From Lepidodermella squamata (taxonomy: Eukaryota; Animalia; Gastrotricha): a stretch of 64,000 bases of DNA. Positions 22,679 through 34,295 of the stretch are shown one piece after another. Under the pieces are notes generated by a model that had not been told where the DNA came from, made no database searches, and was given only the letters and a program-made list of their open reading frames with translations. Within the stretch, counting starts at the first letter, position 1. The number at the start of each line of letters is the position of its first letter. Position numbers and translations under genes: made by a program. The DNA is taken from contig JBLDXI010000002.1 of assembly GCA_047495785.1 (NCBI GenBank), positions 2,170,001 through 2,234,000 of the forward strand, written 5' to 3'.

Positions 22679-25384
22679 TCAGAAAAGCGACGCTAAATAA
22701 TTGAAACTGTCCCGGTATAACATATCATCGAACAAGTCATTATTGCGCCGCATTGCTACGGAGGGTGTGTAAATCCGAGTCCAGCATTTCCCGCCACACC
22801 CGCGCATCGCTCCATCTTCGGTCATCGACGGGCGGGGGCGGACTGCAACGGCCGATGGCAAGGGTGAAAACTGCGGGGCAGGTTTCCTAATAGGCGGTGT
22901 TTCGATGTTTGGGTTGGCCATGATCGGGTCCTGTAATCCGTGAAATACTTCGAGTTCCATCTTCCTATTTGCCTCGTACGGAAATGGATCTTCGACATCC
23001 TCGGTTGATGCCAGCAGATGCGTTTTTATTTCATTCGATTTGTACGGCTGGTAATGCCAGCTAGGCTTCTGCGGCGGTTTCGTGATTTTCAAAGGTTTCT
23101 TCGTCGTAGTCGGGCTCGACTCTGATCTCACGACCTTGGGCGTTCCTCCGAGATTCGCCTTCGTTGAGGTAGATCGGAATCGGTTAATTGGCGTGAAATC
23201 GAAGACAAATTCCTCGATCGACGCCTGGGTTTTGCTTTCATTCCGCGTTTTGTCGAGAATCACGAAAACATACTCGTCGCTATCCAGGTTATTCGAGCCA
23301 GATGCAAATTTCCGTGTAACAGTATTATCAGGCCGAGTTTTCAGCAAGGCCGACTCGACTTTCCTCAATTTCGCTAGCAATTCATCCTCGTTCTGAGTGG
23401 TAGTTGAACTCGATTTTACCGTCGTAGTAGAGGACGGTGGGGATGTTTCCGAAGGAGTTGTTGTAGTCTTCAATTTCGCAGTAGTAGTAGTATTGGGCTC
23501 TGTTGTAGTAGTGGTTGATGTCGATTCAAACTCGGTCGTCGTAGGTGGATTAGTCGTTGTAGTCGTTGTAGGTCTCCTCCTTCGCATAGTCGAGCGTTCC
23601 CACAGGCCGAAATTCGAGGCCAAAGTTGAGTAGTAAAGGTCCACCCAAGGGTCAGGAGATATAGTTGGCCTAAGCGTCGTAATTTTAACAGGTTTAGGTT
23701 CCTTAGTTCTTCGATTTTCCAACATATCTGAAGTTGAAGCTGAAATAACTCGTGTCGAGGTTGAAGTTGGTTCGTTTGTCGATGAAGAAGGAATGATGTC
23801 TGGAACAGGGGGCGTAGCTTTCTCAGTATTGAGCGGAGAAGTCTCTAATTTTCTCGAATTTGTATAATAGCTGATGATAGAAGGGCTGGTTGTTGTTGAA
23901 GTTGAAGGCCTAATACGTGAAGTTCTTTCCGTTTTTCTCGAGGTGAAATAAGGATTCGCCCACGGTCTGGTCTGGAAATAAGCCTCAGTAGGCCATGATT
24001 TCTTTGATTCTGAAGTTCCAGCCGCAGAAGATGTTGAGGCAGTGATTTCGTAATCGGGAGCTTTTGAGGTTTCCTTCAACAACGTAGGAGTAGAAGCCTG
24101 GTATTCGGAAAAAGAAGGGCTGTAAGTTGCTGATGTCGAGGGCCGCGTCCAGGTGAACAAAGTCCTATCTATCCTTTTAGATGTCGGGTAAGGGTTAGCC
24201 CAAGGCCGGAAGGTTCGGAAATAAGTCTCGGTTGGCCAAGTCTTGGTCGACTGTGAAGTTCGAGTCGAACTCGGCCAAGTAGCCGGCCAGGTAGAAAACG
24301 ACGATGACTTCGTTGATGTTTTCGGCTCCCAATTAGGCGTTTTAAACACCTTGGTCGAGCTAGGAGTTTCGGGCGTAGTCGGCGTTGTCGCTTGCCGAGT
24401 GAAACTCAGCCAGGTAGGTCGGAAAGATGGCGCATTGTCGTAGGGTCTCCGCGATGTTCTCTGGGCCTCTTCTACCTTTGGCCAGGTAGCAACGATTTTA
24501 CCGCCACTGACTGGTTTTGAGTTCAAATTTAATTCCCATTGCGGTTTACGATAAACGATTTCCTGAACAGCAGGTTCAGCCGTGGCAACACTGAGCTTTA
24601 AAGTAGCTGGATTTGTGAAGATTTTCCGAGTGGTGGGTTTCAGGGTTGTGGTCGTTGAAGTTGTTTCAACTACAGCGGTTCGAAACGGCATTTCCCAAGG
24701 TCTTCTGAACGGCATTTTTGTCGGAATTTTCTTCACCGGAGTACTAGTAGGAGTGGTTTTCGTGGTCACATTGTTAGCCGGAGGAGCAGTAATTCGAGTG
24801 AAATTAGCTTGAAATGTTGTAGAATTTATTGAGAAATTAGCGGAATTAGTTACTCCCACTGTTATATTGACTTCCCTGCTCGTCGTTAGTCTGAATGTTG
24901 TAGCATAAGCTGTTGTTAAATTTTCTCTGCGATGAACGGTGGTCGTGGGAATGGAAATAGTTGAAGATTCGTTGACGATGATATTAGCCGCAGTTGTTGT
25001 TATTTTCGCTACAGTTGTTTCACGGGGTAACATCGAAGAAATTCCCTGCGAAGTGTTGTTGCGTAAGAAAACTTTGACCGAAGTTGGCGAGATTGATTTC
25101 GTAGTCGTATAATTTCTCATTAACCGAGTGACAGTCGCGTTGGATCTCAATCTAGCAGCTTGAGTTAGTTTAACCAAAGCAACGGTTGAAGACGGTCGCC
25201 TGTTTGATTTTCGAGGCGTACTTTTCCACGGAATTCTCGTCGCCCGAGTTTTGCCATTTAAAATGGGTTTTGTTGTTAAATTAAACTGGGAAAATGTTGG
25301 CAAGGCCAAGGTGGTGTCATTTATTGCGAATGTTGACGACACAAAAATTCCGAGTATTGCTGCGCACAGCGCATGCAATCTCAT
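22679..25384 (-). CDS. Secreted mucin-like Thr/Ser/Pro-rich protein, 901 aa, intronless
   Basis: Signal peptide MRLHALCAAILGIFVSSTFA, many N-x-S/T sites, poly-Thr tracts and an internal duplicated WPTExYF..RPWANPY unit. Confidence 0.85.
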   Translation of the reverse strand: MRLHALCAAILGIFVSSTFAINDTTLALPTFSQFNLTTKPILNGKTRATRIPWKSTPRKSNRRPSSTVALVKLTQAARLRSNATVTRLMRNYTTTKSISPTSVKVFLRNNTSQGISSMLPRETTVAKITTTAANIIVNESSTISIPTTTVHRRENLTTAYATTFRLTTSREVNITVGVTNSANFSINSTTFQANFTRITAPPANNVTTKTTPTSTPVKKIPTKMPFRRPWEMPFRTAVVETTSTTTTLKPTTRKIFTNPATLKLSVATAEPAVQEIVYRKPQWELNLNSKPVSGGKIVATWPKVEEAQRTSRRPYDNAPSFRPTWLSFTRQATTPTTPETPSSTKVFKTPNWEPKTSTKSSSFSTWPATWPSSTRTSQSTKTWPTETYFRTFRPWANPYPTSKRIDRTLFTWTRPSTSATYSPSFSEYQASTPTLLKETSKAPDYEITASTSSAAGTSESKKSWPTEAYFQTRPWANPYFTSRKTERTSRIRPSTSTTTSPSIISYYTNSRKLETSPLNTEKATPPVPDIIPSSSTNEPTSTSTRVISASTSDMLENRRTKEPKPVKITTLRPTISPDPWVDLYYSTLASNFGLWERSTMRRRRPTTTTTTNPPTTTEFESTSTTTTTEPNTTTTAKLKTTTTPSETSPPSSTTTVKSSSTTTQNEDELLAKLRKVESALLKTRPDNTVTRKFASGSNNLDSDEYVFVILDKTRNESKTQASIEEFVFDFTPINRFRSTSTKANLGGTPKVVRSESSPTTTKKPLKITKPPQKPSWHYQPYKSNEIKTHLLASTEDVEDPFPYEANRKMELEVFHGLQDPIMANPNIETPPIRKPAPQFSPLPSAVAVRPRPSMTEDGAMRGCGGKCWTRIYTPSVAMRRNNDLFDDMLYRDSFNYLASLF

Positions 25385-26606
25385 TTTTTTAGTGAAATTC
25401 TTCTAAAAAAATGGCAAGATTTCAATGAAAATTTGTTGACATTTAGCGAATTTCGATTATTTTGTTTGTCTAACAATAGCTGCCATCCGGCTGATAAATT
25501 TTGATTTTAAGGAGAGCTGCAACAATAGAAGACGATATTAGGAGTTGAAAAGCGCATTTCCTGTCGGCTGAAATCGAGAAGAGTCACTTTGGCCCGAAGC
25601 GATATAATAATATTGAATGCCCACTTGAGGTAACAAAAAATATTTACGGCCTCTCACAGGCCGTGTGCAGGAAAATGAAAAATTAAATAAATTAAAAATA
25701 AACACTCGCGTGTTATACATTGATATTGTTTTATGTCACTCACAAAAACACTCGATTTTTACGAACAGCAGCACCTCGTGTTCAGGCGCGCGCGCAACTT
25801 GAAAAGCCGCCGATGAGAAAAGAAACAAAAAGATTTTTTTCTGCGCAGTTTTTGCGCGCTCCCCCTCTGAGACTTTGCGTGGCGCTTAACACACAAAAAA
25901 TAATTAGCATGTGAATACGCCGAGTATTTCCGCTATAACAGCCCCATTTTTTTGTTAAAGCATGTAAATAATTAACAAAATATTAAAATTATTCTGAGAA
26001 AAATTGTACTCTCTGCAGTTGTGAAGTCACGCTTAGTTGTTTGGGCTTTGAAAGCAGCAAGAATTCTAGAATTCTTTTGAAGGGCAATTTTCTTAGCAAA
26101 TAATTACAGCACTTGCGCTCTATGCCCAATTTTATCGCAGGTGAGATAAAAACAATATTTTGTTGACAAGTCGTTTTGGGAAAATGAAATAAGGCAAATA
26201 AAAAGCTGATACACATCATCATTAATTGCGTTCGTGCGATCAAATAATCATCACTAATTATGGATTTTTTATTGCTACTGGGACTCTGGAAGACGACGCA
26301 GAATTTTTGTTGATGACTATCCGAGTGCGATCAACATGAATCAAAGCGGTGCATCATCCTAGCGGCAAATCGGTCATGTCCTATTTTGTTTACATTTGTT
26401 TACCGTTGTGCCTCATTAATAGAGCGATCTGAGATAAAATCATTGCGCTCTCAGCTCAATCCTCAATAGCTTCATAGTTCCTGCTCATCTTTGATTGATT
26501 TATTCGGTCAACGTATACGAATTAATAGGTAAAACATTGGGGAAAATCAAGACTCAACAAAATGGCATAGTTATAAAAAGAAACAATAAAAAAAACGTGG
26601 GTTCAG

Positions 26607-27564
26607 TTATATCGTAAGGCGATTCGTAGGCTCGTATGAATCATAGATTGTCGACTCCAATTCAGGGATCGGTATAATTGAGTCAAAATCAATTAACTGC
26701 GCCAGCCGCTTGCATAACGCGATCGAGTCACATCCATCTTCAGGGGCTCCAAATTTTTTCAGCTGAACCATGATGTTCTTGCGACCAAACTCGCCAGCAA
26801 TGGCAAAAAGGCTCATACCCTTTTTGTTCAAGAATTTGAAGTTTGCACCGCTTTTCAGCAAAAGCTTGAAAACACTGTAGCAGCCAGCTCGAGTGGCGTA
26901 GGAGATCGCTCGGTCACCATTTGGGTCTTCGATTTCCAGCGCTGCACTGCTGTTGATCAGCAACTCGACGACTTCACTATTTTTGCGAACAGACACAGCT
27001 TCCATAAGAGGCGTCGTCCCATTTTCACTGATCACATTCAAATCCGCTCCTTTTCTAATCAGTAACGCCGTCAAGTTTTGTCGTTTTGTCGCAGCGTAAA
27101 ATATTGCCGTGCGATTTGTCGAATCGCGCCAGTTAACTGAAATAGGTCCCATAAAATCGAGTAGCCTTTTCACGGCATTGTAGCTGCCATTGATCGTTTT
27201 TTCTACTAGCTCCTGTTGGTATGCTTGAACCTTCAGAAATGAGAAAATACTAGTGATCCAGCATATCATTTTGAAATTTGAAAATAAGAATTGTTCTTAA
27301 AGAAGGCATTGTTACCTGATCTTTGGATAAACAGACGGCCAATACGTGCCACCATAACCTGGGGCCGCAAACAGCGATATTTTTACCGGTCAAAACGTAG
27401 CCATCATTGCAGGAAACTTGTCTCTTGGACCCGATAGAACTGTTACCAGTATTTGATATAACACCATGCTGCATTGAAGGTACTTCGTGACATTTGTTTG
27501 ATGAACTTGAAATGCAAGCGAATAAGCTGCTGGCTGTTAATACAATCGTGCAAATCAGCTTCAT
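26607..27564 (-). CDS. Signal peptide + sushi/CCP domain + ankyrin repeats; exons 27564-27316 and 27230-26607
   Basis: CHEVPSMQHG...VSCNDGYVLTG...AVCG...WW....VC (CCP); RTAIFYA, GTTPLMEAV, GDRAISYA (ankyrin); a phase-0 GT-AG intron joins them in frame. Confidence 0.8.
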
Positions 27565-27716
27565 TTCTGTCTCTGGCTTTAAAACTCTGAAATGCTTCTT
27601 TAGTTAATAGAAGATTGCCGCGGCAATATCATAGTTTGCTTAAGGTGTCTTGATAGTGAAGCAGCTGAGGACTTTGATGAGTTGAATCAATTCAAGGCTT
27701 CGTTTGCTTAAAGGCG

Positions 27717-27762
27717 TGCCCATAGACATAATTTAAGATATATTAAATTATGTCTATGGGCA
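27717..27762. repeat. Perfect 20-bp inverted repeat with 6-nt spacer
   Basis: TGCCCATAGACATAATTTAA-GATATA-TTAAATTATGTCTATGGGCA. Confidence 0.9.
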
Positions 27763-28622
27763 ATAATGTAACAAGCAATCATTCAATGATTGCTTGTTAC
27801 AAAGGACTAACGCAAACAATCCTTAGTGATACTTCCAAGTTCCAAGCCAGTCACACTCTATTGTACTGGGTTGAGTCACCGCGAGACAAAAATACTTTTT
27901 TCCGGTATATCGAAAACTTATCGGACCGATGTTCGATTAGATTTCGCTTGAATCAGGGAGCCTCCTTATTCGAAATCGGTGATTTTTCAAATTATAAAAT
28001 CAGTCATTTTAAATTAACTATATCGCCACCGACTACTTTGAATATCGAGAACATTCCAAGATAGGATGATCCTGGTCCATTGTAGGTCGAAGATGGCACG
28101 AAAATGACGACACTTGGAACCTGAGGTACATTTCGTACATGCTGTTCGGTGACTACTTAACGGAACCCTTGTGATGAAAATACTGGAAACCCTAAGCCAA
28201 ATTCGTCCAATTTTGCAATCCCAAAAGACCTCACGGGCTAAAAATTCATGAAACGTCCTTCAACACGGATAAAACGGAGCTGCCATTCCAGGACTTTACC
28301 GGTAACATCACTCATCGATCACAGAAAAAATAAAAAGGCGACTCGTTTCCAACCATTAGTTTTATTTACTCCGTTAAAAATGTAACAGCATGCTGCGGTA
28401 TATTTATATTAAATCTGAAATTAGAACGATATCCAATTTACGACTCCTCATATCTTCATTCATCATCATCTTCATGAAATCAAGAATATAAAACACGTGC
28501 GACATCATCATGATACAGGTAATTTGTATGTATAATACGTAGAAACCGTTCATTATTTTGCGTGAATTACGTGCTGCATTATTGTTCCACATGAAAATTA
28601 CAAAAAAAACAAATCGGCGAAA

Positions 28623-29807
28623 TCACTTCAATCCATCCATCGAATCCATCTCGTTGCCTGAATAACAGCCCGACGTCGACGAAGTTGTTAGGGACGATGA
28701 GGCGAGATTTAGCGATGAATCGTCATGGATCAAATGCTGAGGCGGTGGCGGTGAAGACGAGGAGGAGGACGATGAATTATTCGAGCAAACCGAACGAGGC
28801 GACGCTGAATTGCTACCCTCGGAGAAGACGCCCTGCGACGAGCATTTCGAACCACCGCTATCAACAGCCACCTTAATCATGCCCTGCGACGACCCACCCG
28901 CCTGCGCGGCGATAATCTTCTGTAAAATCGACTCGGTGCTAGGCGAAACGCAGGATGTTTCGATAATTTGCGGCGACGAGCAGTCGATTGACGTAACAAC
29001 TGATGAATTTGGGTGCAACAACGAGCCGAACTCATCGTCACTAGCGATGAGAAAACGCGCCGACGACCCGGCGGGGACGAGCGGCGTCGAGCCGAATACT
29101 GGTTCAGGGCGTTTCACAGGGGTGCGAATTGGCTCCATCAAGCTTGAGCTTGGCGATACACTCGGCTTATTGACAATCGGTGACGAAATCGGCAGTTGGC
29201 CCAGCGATTGAAGCTGGTAAACCAGCACTTCACACGCCCGCCAAATCTGCCGCTTCTCAGCCTCTTCGTCGTCGATTCTCTGCAGCAACTCGCGTTGCCG
29301 TTCGCTTAGCACACGCTCCTGATCGCGGCGCACGGCTAGAACTGCCTCGAGATTTTCGATTTGATGTTCGAGCTGCAGGATTTTCTCGCGAAGTAACGGA
29401 ACCTCCTCAAGATTAACTCGCAACTGCGCGTTTTCACTACGCAGTTGCCGCAACTCGCCGCTTCGTAAGTCTAAAACAGCGCGTAAACTGTCGTTTTCAG
29501 CGATTGCGGCTTTGAAGCGCGACGTTTCAGCGTCGACGCGCCGCGACACGGCCTCGTCGTCCGTGCAAATCATCGATCTGAGCTCGCGTTCTCGCGCCTC
29601 AGCCTCCGCGCTTTGCTTCGCCAGTTGAGCGATTAAATCCTCCTTAACGGCCGTTAAACGGCCGCTCCATTCAGCCTCGAGATCGCGAAGTTGTTGCACA
29701 TGCTCGGCAGCGAAACGCTCCTCAGTTTCCAACAATTTAGCCTTGAATAACTCCTCTGATTTTGACAATTCCTATAAAAAAAACCGAAAATATATAATAA
29801 TATATAC

Positions 29808-29853
<46 letters not shown>

Positions 29854-32800
29854 GGACAATCAAGCAGAAAAATTAGCCGAAATTATCTCGATTTTCAGTC
29901 TTCATAATCAATTTAAAAATATCCGCCTTAAGATTTTAATTATGATTTTACGCCTAAACCATTTAACTTTATCTCCCTGAAGATGATTTCTGTAAGAAAT
30001 CGAAACGTCGGAAATAAACTGATAGCGCTAAATTTCATCAATCGTAATAATAAATAATAATAATATATATAAAAAAGAGAACATTTTAAGCTAAAAAATT
30101 CGAAGAATTTCTAGTATAAAAAATCCATCTTAATTTTTTACTTGCGTGACAAATTACAATTCTCTAAAAATTTAGCGTGATTATCGGAAACATGAAAATT
30201 CCCAAATTATAGAAATCATTAATGTGAATTTTAGGGAAGACTTATAACAGCCTCGGGCCGCGCTATAATTAACTAGAAAACAAAACGCTTAAAGCCACAG
30301 AACTGCGAGAAAATTTTATAAAATGAAAAAAAACTGTTTTCCGTGATTGATCGGAAGAAGTTGAGGAAATCAAATTACCTCGGCGTGTTTTTTATGTGAA
30401 AGCGCTATTGCTTGAGAATGCTCGGCGATAAGTCGCGACATGGTCGTCTGAAATTCGGCGCGCAACGCCTTGTCCTTCGCCGCGGTCTCCTCCGCAATTC
30501 GGCGGTGCCGCGACTGAGTCGCCGTCAATTTCTGCGCCAAATCCTGCGCAACAACCGACATGGCGAGGAAACGCGACAGCATTTGGTTGTACGCAAGTTC
30601 CAACTCGGCGCCAACCGTCCGAGTCTGCGCGCCGTAATCGCGGCATTCCAAGACGGTTGTATTGACCCCAGACGACGCTACTGGGTTCGGTTCGCATTGA
30701 ACAGCGACGGCGACTGACTCGACATCGACGCCGATTGTTGTTTCCTTTGAAGTTGGCAACTTGATGAGTTGAACCGCGGTGACTGGCTCGTCGTCCGCCT
30801 TAACCGGTTGGTTGTGGGCCGCGTTTTTCGCCACCAGCCGGCTCGTGTAGTTGCTGCCCGAGTGGCGGAGGGCGGCGACAGAGGGGGCGTGGGCCGACGC
30901 CACAGCCATCGGAGGTTTCGAGGTAGGGACTCTTGACACCGAGCCACGTTGGCTGCTGCTGCTGCCTTGACTCGAAGAAGACGGCACTGATGATAAGAAA
31001 AAATTATTAATAATTAGCGCACATCCTCATCATCATCATCATGACAATAACAACGCGCGCGTGTGCTTGCTCATCGAAAAACCATGTAATAACAAGGCAC
31101 TATACATATGACTAAGCCTCTAAATACACACCGTAGAAGCCAAAAAGATAGTTATCCGAGCCGGTGAGAGTTGCTAATGGCGGCGGATCCGGTGCGCAAA
31201 TAGCTGGACACGACTGGCTAATGTTATTTTGGCTGGGCGGCGGCGGAGGAGGTTCGGACGAACAGCGGTTATCTAGGCGGCGATGTGACAAGTAAAGCGG
31301 TACCAATTCGTAGCGGCTATCTTCGCCGCCGCTGCTATGCGCCAGCTTGTTTCTAATTAAATCAGGCCAGTAGGCTGTTGTCATAACGAGATCAGCACCG
31401 GTCGACAAGTTGTTAGCGTTTAGGCTACTACTACTACTCGTGTCTATGAAAGCCGCCCACGCGTCTTGAGCAGCCGCCGGCGCATTGTGTTCTGCATCTT
31501 CCCGTTCCCCTCCGCTGGTATTATTAATATTATTGCCCAGGCTACTACAACCGCTAAGGCTGCAATTAACATCATCATCATCACCACCACCACTACCATC
31601 ATCCTGATCGTAGTGGGCGTGCTCTTCGCGGTCCGACAGCACTATGAGCTGGCGTAGAAACGAGGCCTTGGACGGCCCTAGCAGGCTCGTGGCCGATGAA
31701 AGCGACAGCATGGTTTACACGCCGTCCTCTTCAACAATCGCTTATAACAATTACCGCTATAATAGGTATGAATAAACCTAAAGCCATTATTAACGCGTAA
31801 ACACAGCTATTGAGCTTCGATTTAAAAAATCCACCTTAATAATTTTGCATGGTTTAATTTACAAAAAATCAAGAAAATATTCATATAAATAGGGATTTAT
31901 CTACCTTAAAAATTAGGAATTTTGAAGAGCATTACAAAGCTATAGGAAAGTTAGAAAGGTCTAAAGCACGAAAAAATACAATCCTAGAGCAAATTTAACG
32001 AAAAGCTGATAGAAAGAAACTTGAAAAATCCTCAAATAATGATGCGCTAATTCATCTTGACAGATGAGAGCGAGAAAACTCTACAAAATTCACTGATGCT
32101 ATTAAAAATTTCGACTTGTGCGTGATGAAAAATAATAGCAATCGAGCTGTGATAATAATAATCCTGCTGTTGTTTTTGTTTGCAGCACAGCATAATGCGG
32201 GTGGAAGCGAAACGCATCAAACAAGGTATTAAGGCGGATCGAGATATATAAACAGGTAGATAGCAAGTATATCATCATCATGAGCAATGGCAGTAGCAGA
32301 AGCATTATTTACGCTAATATACCACGCAAACAAACAACCAGCAGTATATGGTAGTAGCTTCTCTTCGACGCGGTGTCTATGGCTTAAAATGTGTGTTTAT
32401 TACACCGCAATTTAGCGATAATATTTTTCTAATAAAATATTACAACACAGGTCCACTTTTTAGCGGGTAAAAGTTTCCCCGAATAGCTTTGCATTGATGA
32501 GTAAATAAATATGGCAGGGAAAAAAGGTGATGAATTTATGTGTAAGCTAAAAAGCTACCTCTAATACCCTTTTTCGCTCTTTAATAATAGGCAGGCATCG
32601 AACTGAAAACTGAATAAAAATGAGGCCAACCGCTTCTTATTATGGAAGTATGCTACTTATTAATAAATACTTATCGCGCATAAAACCACAACAAAAAGGG
32701 GCGTGATGGCTTCAATGGCCTCTTGAAGATTGTTTCTCTAGAATTTCGCATCGCGCGCCAAATAACCATATTAAGGCGGTATCAAATAATTATATGGATT

Positions 32801-34295
32801 CAATATGAAATAATTTATATAGAAAAAATACCTGTATCTGCTGTGTGTTTGGTTAAAAGGCGTGGGGTAATGATGATGAGAGATGGTCTTTTGCGCGGCT
32901 CTTTTGATCCCAGACCCCGCTCAATAGCGTCGGCGAAAATCCACAGGGATCATCAATTTATCATTTGCAGATGAAAAAATGGTAAAGTCGCGGCATAAAA
33001 AAATATTTCCCGCCGCACTGGTTCGCATTTTTTTACGGGCAAAATTATTGACCAGTCTAAGGAAATTGATGATTGATGTAATTGACCGCGCTATGTAAGT
33101 AGCTTAGCGGCATCTGCTAATTATGACTATAAAATGCTTTCAGGTCATAAATTATGAAGACGGGACGTGATTTACGGTGAATCGTAAAAAAATATCATAA
33201 ATTCAGGTGCCACATCTGCTATTCAAAGTAATTTTCCTGGTATATACCAGCGTAGTTTTGCGATATAGCCTGGATAAATAACAACAAAATTCAATACTAC
33301 CGTGAGCAAACACGCATCCAGGTGTGGTCGATAACATTATATTATTTCTACTACTTTATTCCCTCATAGGAAGGTGGAAAATAATGATCGTAATGATGAT
33401 GATGATAATATTATATTATATATACCTCATGCAGGTATAACACCAATGCCTTTGTACACTAATCGCACACGCAAAAATAGTATAGGCCCTATTAAATTTT
33501 AATGAACATCGCGCGCAATGAATTCTTGAGCCAAGGGCCAAGAGACTGTATATACTCACCTGTTGGCGGAGGCGGAGGCGGTGGCGATACTGAGGGCCGG
33601 GCAGATAACGAGCCATTGCTGCTATTGGTCACCATTAGAGAAGTTGGCCGAGGTTTGGCTGAATTATTATTATTCGGAACCGGACTGATCGCTCGACTAC
33701 CGGCATTACTGCCAACGCTCAACGCCGTGCTGGCAGGTCGTGAAGAAGTAACCTGCACAAGAGATAAAAATTGGAACATTAAATTTTAGAAAATTAATAT
33801 CAACCGCGAAAAAATTGCGGAAATTTAAAAAATTTCCGACTTCCTTATATCATTTTTTTAGCTCACGATAATGAGATTTTAAACCACTAATTTCCTGGCA
33901 AAAAAATTCTAAAAAAAGTCCACCTTAATAAAATTTACCTGTTTTAATGAGGAAGCCACCGTTGTAGCAGAGGGTCCACTTTGCGCAGTCAGCGCGGTAG
34001 ATAGCGACGGGATTTTCAGCTGAGCCGTTTGAATCGTTTTTTGCGAGGTTGGCGCGAGCCTATTAGCAGAAGCCGGCTGCGGAACAGGAGATTTCGCCGC
34101 CGTTATGCTGCTAATGCCACTCGATCGTCGCAGCTGCGAACTGGCATTGCCGGCCGCGAGGCGAGCAGCGACGGCTGATTGGCGGTGAAGAGCCGTGATC
34201 GATGAGGCGGCCGTGCTGCTGCTGCCGCCTACAGAGGCACGCGACGACGAGCTAATTGTCGCGCGATGAGGACCCGCGACCGCGGCACTTGCCAT
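28623..34295 (-). CDS. MTUS1/MTUS2/CCDC69-like coiled-coil protein; exons 34295-33939, 33752-33560, 30986-30379 and 29771-28623
   Basis: ENDSLRAVLDLRSGELRQL...LREKILQLEHQIENL resembles the MTUS/CCDC69 ELESLKAVLEIKN motif; splice phases 0, 1, 0 are consistent. Confidence 0.7.
29808..29850. repeat. (TAA)n microsatellite, intronic
   Basis: About 14 perfect TAA units. Confidence 0.95.
31132..31711 (-). CDS. Probable alternative first coding exon of the MTUS-like gene
   Basis: ATG-initiated low-complexity ORF inside intron 2; a phase-1 donor (TAC G|GTGTGT at 31131) matches the phase-1 acceptor at 30987. Confidence 0.45.
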
